Part shown: positions 58,911 to 64,000 of the stretch, piece by piece
Layout: every line of letters begins with the position of its first letter
Position numbering within the stretch: position 1 is the first letter of the stretch
Source: Candidatus Woesebacteria bacterium
GTDB lineage: Bacteria > Patescibacteriota > Microgenomatia > UBA1400 > UBA1396
Direction: 5' to 3'
Length of the DNA: 64,000 nucleotides
NCBI GenBank assembly: GCA_963749595.1
Contig: CAVVNJ010000001.1
Location: forward strand, 1,376 to 65,375
The notes under the pieces: model-generated
The model's input: only the letters and a program-made list of their open reading frames with translations
Databases searched by the model: none
What the model was told of the DNA's origin: nothing
Made by a program: the position numbers and the translations under genes

Positions 58911-59285
58911 ATGCAACCCTCTCAATCAAACCCAAATAAGGTTTACGTCGGTAATTTGCCGTACTCCGTTGATGATGCCCAGATGCGCGAAATGTGCGCT
59001 GAATTCGGCGAAATCAAGGATGTTAAGGTAATTTCCGACTATGCCACCGGTCGCTCCAAGGGCTTTGCCTTTGTGGAATTCACTACCGAAGACGCTGCTA
59101 ACAAGTGCGTCGAGGAACTGAATGGCCGTGAAATGGATGGCCGTGCCCTGAACGTGACGATCGCTCGTCCTCAGGCTCCCCGTGGCGATCGCCCCTCCTT
59201 TGGTGGTGGCGGTGGCGGTGGTGGTCGCCCGTTTAACCGAGATCGCCGTGGTGGCGGTGGCGGCGGCGGCGGTCGTCGTTTCTAA
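58911..59285 (+). CDS. RRM-type RNA-binding protein with Gly/Arg-rich tail
   Basis: 124 aa with RNP2 KVYVGNL and RNP1 KGFAFVEF, then GGGGGGGRPFNRDRRGGGGGGGGRRF. Confidence 0.85.
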   Translation: MQPSQSNPNKVYVGNLPYSVDDAQMREMCAEFGEIKDVKVISDYATGRSKGFAFVEFTTEDAANKCVEELNGREMDGRALNVTIARPQAPRGDRPSFGGGGGGGGRPFNRDRRGGGGGGGGRRF

Positions 59286-59313
59286 ACCAAATCGTTTCTA
59301 ACCAGAACAATAG

Positions 59314-59345
59314 CAAGCTCGGCCGCAAGGCCGAGCTTGTTTTTG
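59314..59345 (+). terminator. rho-independent terminator
   Basis: An 11-bp perfect stem CAAGCTCGGCC / GGCCGAGCTTG with loop GCAA, followed by TTTTT. Confidence 0.7.
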
Positions 59346-59385
59346 GCTGGATATAGCTGCTAATATATTAGTGAAGGAGGTTAAC

Positions 59386-59795
59386 TTGGCCCTTAATCCA
59401 TCATCCCAAAGCGCTGATCTTTGATTACTCCGACGTCTTTTCTCTCCCGCGACCGGCCTCAACTACGAATTGTTACTTTTCCTCTGCCGCTCGGTGAAAA
59501 CCAAGTGTCGCTCTATGTTCTCACCGCCAGCACGGCCTGGAAAAAACCCTTTATTCACTGGGCGCTGCATCCGGTTTTTCACAAAATCATCAGCACCGAA
59601 ACTGGGCAGCAAAGCCGATCCGGAATACTTTCCAGCGCTTGGCTGAGGAAATTAACGTCCCGGTTGAGAAACTTCTCCTGGTGGACAATGCTCCGGAGAA
59701 CATCGAGGCCGTCCAACAAGCCGGCGGGCAGGGAATTACCTTTTCCGATAATCAAAGCTTACTGGCCGATTTTAGACGATCTGGGGATTAGGTGA
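59386..59795 (+). pseudogene. HAD-superfamily hydrolase remnant, at least 3 frameshifts
   Basis: AAGGAGG is followed 5 nt (TTAAC) later by TTG (59386). Pieces lie in three frames: MALNPSS / KALIFDYSDVFS (motif I-like) / ..VSLYVLTASTAWKKPFIHWALHPVFHKIISTETGQQ / ADPEYF..LAEEINVPVEKLLLVDNAPENIEAVQQAGGQGITF. Confidence 0.5.
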
Positions 59796-59842
59796 TACAC
59801 TTCCTCGACTTTCAAGCCCAGGATCGCTACAATAGGTTCACG

Positions 59843-61612
59843 GTGTCCCAAGTGCAAGCGATCAAAGAAAAACTGGATATTCTCGAGTAGTCGGGGAAAG
59901 AATTTCGCTCCAACGGAGCGGGAAAAATTTTCGCGGTCTGTGTCCGTTTCATAGCGAAAAAACTCCCTCCTTCTTCGTGTCTCCGGAACTGCAGAGTTTC
60001 ATCTGTTTTGGTTGCGCCAAAAAGGGTGACGTTTTTACCTTTGTCCAAGAATACGATCGACTAACTTTTCCGGAAGCACTCGAGCTTTTAGCGGATAAAG
60101 CCGGTATTGAACTGGAAAAAAGGGACTGGAACGATCCGCAAGAACAACAGCGGCGAACCGTTTTCACCATTCTCGGATCTGACCCAAAAATATTACAGTT
60201 ACCTCTTGACCGCCCACAAGTCAGGCGAACCGGCACGTCAGTATCTGAAAGAAAGAGGACTCAACCAAGCCTTGGCCAAAAATTATGGCCTTGGATTCGC
60301 CCCGGAAGGTTGGGATCATTTGACCACCTATCTTCACCAAAAGAAAAAGATTCCTCTGCGCGATCTGGAGGAGGCGGGATTGATCATTAAGGGCCAGGGA
60401 GGCAAGTATTATGACCGCTTCCGTGGCCGGGTAATTTTTCCCCTGCATGATCACCGTGGCCGGGTAGTTGGTTTCTCGGGCCGTCTGCTAAGTAGCTCAG
60501 CCAAGGAGGCAAAATATATTAACACCCCAGAGACCGCGGTCTATCACAAGCGCTATCTGCTCTATGGTTACCACCAAAATCTCGATGCCATCCGTGAAAA
60601 AGAGGCGGTAATCATTATGGAAGGCGAGTTTGACGTTTTGTCTTCGGTTCAGGCTCATGTTAAGAATGTCGTGGCCATTAAAGGTTCGGCGTTGACTCAG
60701 GAACAAATCCGTATCCTCTCCCGCACGGTGAAAACTATCTATCTGGCCCTGGACGCCGATAATGCCGGCATAGCCGCAACCAGTCGGGCGATCGAGTTGG
60801 TACAACCCTTTCCGGTGGCCCTGAGGATTATTCCTCTAACCGGCGGCAAGGATCCGGACGACTTAGCCCGCCAGGATCCCAAGGCCTGGCGTGAAACCAC
60901 GGACCACCATGTTTCCGCCTTTGAATACGTCTTGGAGGCCACCAGCCGGCAACAGGACCTGACAACCGCTCAGGGGCAGAAGGTAGTCACTAATACCCTG
61001 CTAAAGCTGCTACTAACAATCGAGCACGCCGTGGAGCGTTCCTTTTACCTAAAACAACTGGCGGAAAAACTCCACGTTCCGGAAGCGGTTTTAGAAGAGG
61101 ATTGGGAACGAATGCGGCGCCGCGCCCAGTCAGATCGAGTTATACCTACCCGCTCGGCCGAAAAACCAGCGGCACCCCCTCCCGATCCGGACCGACTTGG
61201 CACTTACCTCTGGCAATTACTCCTGCGGGCGGATAAACCACCGGCCACGGCACGACTAATTGCATCAAGTTGGTTTGCCGATCCGGCTCAGCAGCGTTTG
61301 GCCGAGGCTTATCGCCAATGGTGGGAAGACCATGATTCTTTCGATCTGGAAAAATTTGCCCGTAAACTTCCGGCCGAGTTACAACCAGTCACTTCCGAAT
61401 TATATTTGGCGGATCTACTAATTGAGGAAAAGGAAAGAGAGCGAGAACTGCTTCTCGTGCTTTCTCAGATTCAGGACCGGATCAATCGCGAACACCGTCA
61501 GCGGATCGCGGACGATTTGGCGCACCTGGAACAGAAAGAGACCTTGACCACAGATGAGCAGGCGGCCTATGAGGACCTTCAGCGTGAATTCATGCGGATG
61601 AATCAGTCTTAA
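59843..61612 (+). CDS. dnaG: DNA primase DnaG, two frameshifts (near 59886 and 60172)
   Basis: (GTG)SQVQAIKEKLDILE / VVGERISLQRSGKNFRGLCPFHSEKTPSFFVSPELQSFICFGCAKKGD (zinc ribbon; track ORF 59977..60390) / DLTQKYYSYLL...TOPRIM MEGEFDV..DADNAG (track ORF 60107..61612). Confidence 0.85.
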
Positions 61613-61613
61613 T

Positions 61614-62834
61614 CTATTGGCGATGAATCACGGCCGGACTGCGCCCGCCATTGACAACCTGGAAAAGTTTGTCCAGGACCGAATCATAGAGCCAGATACT
61701 GGTCGCGGAAAAATTCGAGGCCAAGCTCTCGCCAACGTCGGACGGGAAATATTGCTGATAGGCCACGTAACGCTCGGAAGGGGTCACCTGAAGCTTTTGT
61801 TTGACACCGGTGCTGCCCGCGTTGCTGCTTAATTTACGAGTCGTCGTACCATCCAGATTGGTCAGATATAATTCCTGCGCTCTTGAACCGCCACCTTGGT
61901 TGCTTAGTAAGTAGTAGATTCGATCACTAGACAAAACAGCCTCGGCAATCAATCCGGACACGAAAAATTCTTTTTCGGCATTGCCCTCCTGGCGGGAAAA
62001 GATTCCTTGCTGCCGGGGTTGGCCAGAATCGGCCTCGCCATCATCCGCAATACCAAACAGCTGTCCACTCTTTTCGCCAAATAACCCTTCGCTATCACCC
62101 ATACCTCTGATTCCAAATCCCTTGCAATTTTCCGAAGTTGGTAATTTGTCGGCCGCTACGGAAAATCGACATTCCGTTCCGCCTTCATAAAAGTAACCGA
62201 TTAAGACGTTGAGATTGTTGAGCCAACGACTGAGACGGAGGAATAAGAATGACTTTCCTGGTTTTTCCCATGACTTAATTTCTTTCTTCTGATCGACATC
62301 CCACAAATGCAGGGTCTGTTTATAACCCTCATCAATCGGCTGGCCATTGATCACAAAAGCTAATTTTGTCCCATCTGGGGAGACGATTATTTGGTCAGTT
62401 GTGGCTTTGCCTGGAGGCAAGCCGGCTGGCGATATAACTACATCCGATCCGTCGATTAAGGAATACTGATGCAGCTCGGCCGGTATTACTTGACTGCCCC
62501 AGTCGTATTTTTTCTCCGTGTAAGTCAAATAAATTAAATACTCGCGTTTAGCACCGGCCGCCAAAAGCACCGGGTTGGCAAAGTTCCACTCCACGGCTAA
62601 GACCAGCTGCTCCTCCGGTTGATCGGCACTCACCCGGTAGATGCCGTCCGGTTTGGCGAAATAGACTTCCACCGTTTCCGCTGACTCCACAACCTCCGGC
62701 GGCGCTGGCGGAACCGGCCGCGGTCCAAAATACCAACCAAGAACCGTCCCAGCAATCAACAGCAAAGCCACCACAATAATCGACGAAATTCGTTTGATTT
62801 TCGGCTTCATATTATTCGTTTCCCCGTAAGACAC
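61614..62834 (-). CDS. membrane-anchored beta-propeller-like protein (PD40/TolB-like repeats)
   Basis: 406 aa with an N-terminal TM (IIVVALLLIAGTVLGWYF). ..IIVSPDGTKLAFV.. is a PD40-like repeat. Confidence 0.5.
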   Translation of the reverse strand: MSYGETNNMKPKIKRISSIIVVALLLIAGTVLGWYFGPRPVPPAPPEVVESAETVEVYFAKPDGIYRVSADQPEEQLVLAVEWNFANPVLLAAGAKREYLIYLTYTEKKYDWGSQVIPAELHQYSLIDGSDVVISPAGLPPGKATTDQIIVSPDGTKLAFVINGQPIDEGYKQTLHLWDVDQKKEIKSWEKPGKSFLFLRLSRWLNNLNVLIGYFYEGGTECRFSVAADKLPTSENCKGFGIRGMGDSEGLFGEKSGQLFGIADDGEADSGQPRQQGIFSRQEGNAEKEFFVSGLIAEAVLSSDRIYYLLSNQGGGSRAQELYLTNLDGTTTRKLSSNAGSTGVKQKLQVTPSERYVAYQQYFPSDVGESLASNFSATSIWLYDSVLDKLFQVVNGGRSPAVIHRQ

Positions 62835-64000
62835 CGGTCAGGACCGTGCTCTGATCAACGTGATCCCAAGTATCGCGCAACACCAGTCGGTCATTAACTA
62901 ACTCCAAATGGTAAAGTTGACCGCACTTTTGCCGCGGCGGCGTGCCAACCACTTTGCAAGTTTCAGCCTTGAGGACGAACAAATGGTTGTCCGGCCAGGC
63001 AAAAGTGCGTTGTGCTTCCGCTCCGGAGGTTAGTGGAAAACCAGAGTCAACCGTCAATCGGCGATTATTTCCGGAAAGAAGATCGCTGATTAGACGCAAA
63101 CCAACCGGCGCCTCGCCGTAACTGATTAGCCAATTGGGATGATTGGCCGATTCGATCAGCATATGCTCGTAGCCAATTTTACGAACTTCACTGCTGGAAA
63201 GGGTGAAAACATGCGCCCCATCAAAGCTCTGAGAGACGGTATCGGTTTTCTGCTCAAAGCCGGAAAGCATTAACTGATCATCATTAGCCCAGCGAAGATG
63301 ACTGCCCGCCTGGTAGCGAGTTTCAACAATCTGCCAGCCACCGGAATCACAGCGGCCGATGTATAATCGAGGAGTAGTGTCACTCCCTTTCATGGCGATT
63401 ACGGCAAACTGACGATCGCTGGCCAAGGCCGCCTCGAACGGATAATGGGGATTAGAGCCGGTATTGACCGATAGTGGCTCGGAACCGTAACTGAGGGCCC
63501 CGGTGTTACATTCGGCCAAACCTGACTGGACGTTCAAACGTTTGAAAAAGTTATTGGGCGTGGCGTGAAGCATCGTCTTTCCGCCGGGTGACAAATGCCA
63601 GTACTCAAAACCTCTATCGCGCACCAGACCGGTTTCCGCAATTTCCGTCGTTAATTTGTCCTCTAGCCAATGGTAGCCCTGAAGTTTGCCAGCATCATCG
63701 ATGAAATAAAAACGATTATTCAACACAAAATAGCGTTTGTACATTTTATTGCCGCCCTGATTGCTGGTTCGGACCCAACCAACTTGGCGACCGGTCGTTA
63801 AATCATTAAAAACAACCACCAAGCCGTAATCAACTACTTCCAGATATGGCGGCCGGTAAGCCTGGAGCGGTACCGCAACACCGGAGGCAACCTCCGGTAC
63901 CTCAATTTTCAACCAAGAGGTTGGCAAAACCGCCGATTGATATGAAAATTGTTTGGGGTGGAAAGTTGTCTGACTACTGGAGTCACCACTCGCTTGCCAC
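62812..64000 (-). CDS. beta-propeller-like hypothetical protein, 5' end beyond the window
   Basis: The frame stays open upstream of the listed TTG (63927) to the window edge (..WQASGDSSSQTTFHPKQFSYQSAVLPTSW..). It overlaps the downstream paralog-like gene by 23 nt. Confidence 0.5.
   Translation of the reverse strand, partial: WQASGDSSSQTTFHPKQFSYQSAVLPTSWLKIEVPEVASGVAVPLQAYRPPYLEVVDYGLVVVFNDLTTGRQVGWVRTSNQGGNKMYKRYFVLNNRFYFIDDAGKLQGYHWLEDKLTTEIAETGLVRDRGFEYWHLSPGGKTMLHATPNNFFKRLNVQSGLAECNTGALSYGSEPLSVNTGSNPHYPFEAALASDRQFAVIAMKGSDTTPRLYIGRCDSGGWQIVETRYQAGSHLRWANDDQLMLSGFEQKTDTVSQSFDGAHVFTLSSSEVRKIGYEHMLIESANHPNWLISYGEAPVGLRLISDLLSGNNRRLTVDSGFPLTSGAEAQRTFAWPDNHLFVLKAETCKVVGTPPRQKCGQLYHLELVNDRLVLRDTWDHVDQSTVLTGVLRGNE

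Noticed and set aside
59206-59275. GGT/GGC tandem repeats
   Set aside because: They encode the Gly/Arg-rich tail of the RRM protein. This is not a CRISPR array or a non-coding microsatellite.

Overview
This is a 64-kb chromosomal window at about 50% GC that uses the standard genetic code: long ORFs end normally at UAA, UAG or UGA. No database search was run. All homology calls come from reading the supplied translations and re-translating by eye.

The gene content suggests a small-genome Patescibacteria/CPR-type bacterium (inference). Supporting features are many small pilins around a pilB-pilT-pilC-pilD core, a minimal sufC/B/D set, a partial cell-wall set (mraY, glmS, murD, ftsW), Cys-rich secreted proteins ending in a VirB2/TrbC-like two-helix module, and many orphan genes.

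Layout, left to right:
- 28-1233: a 5'-truncated PrpD-like gene, joined at about nt 1200 to a pilM 5' fragment.
- 1.3-12.4 kb: a minus-strand type IV pilus locus.
- 12.9-16.9 kb: sufC, a Nudix gene, orphan ORFs, sufB and sufD.
- 16.9-19.9 kb: two tandem AAA+ ATPases, followed by a SpoT-like HD hydrolase.
- 21.0-22.4 kb: a low-GC HerA-like ATPase, then a Cas4-like PD-(D/E)XK nuclease and two orphan genes.
- 24.1-28.8 kb: pyrG, rplS, yraN, yidC and a cytidylyltransferase.
- 28.9-38.8 kb: a solute-binding protein, VanW, mraY, glmS, murD and ftsW.
- 38.8-41.6 kb: two tandem Cys-rich pilin-like paralogs and a kinase-like gene, then tRNA-Leu.
- 41.8-48.5 kb: ppsA, eno (with a 215-aa Pro/Thr/Ala-rich tail), an SPFH gene, radC, an XRE regulator and tRNA-Ser.
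- 48.5-53.2 kb: an orphan-rich accessory block.
- 53.3-64.0 kb: a P-type ATPase, an MFS transporter, Ham1, an RRM protein, a HAD remnant, dnaG and two beta-propeller proteins.

I recognised no rRNA, CRISPR array, transposase or integrase.

The dominant sequence-level signal is about 45 single-nucleotide frame disruptions. They are strongly clustered, with about 30 in the pilus locus. They also hit essential genes (rplS, pyrG, glmS, murD, dnaG), often as compensating pairs at short homopolymers. The most parsimonious explanation is unpolished consensus error, so every 'pseudogene' label here is provisional.
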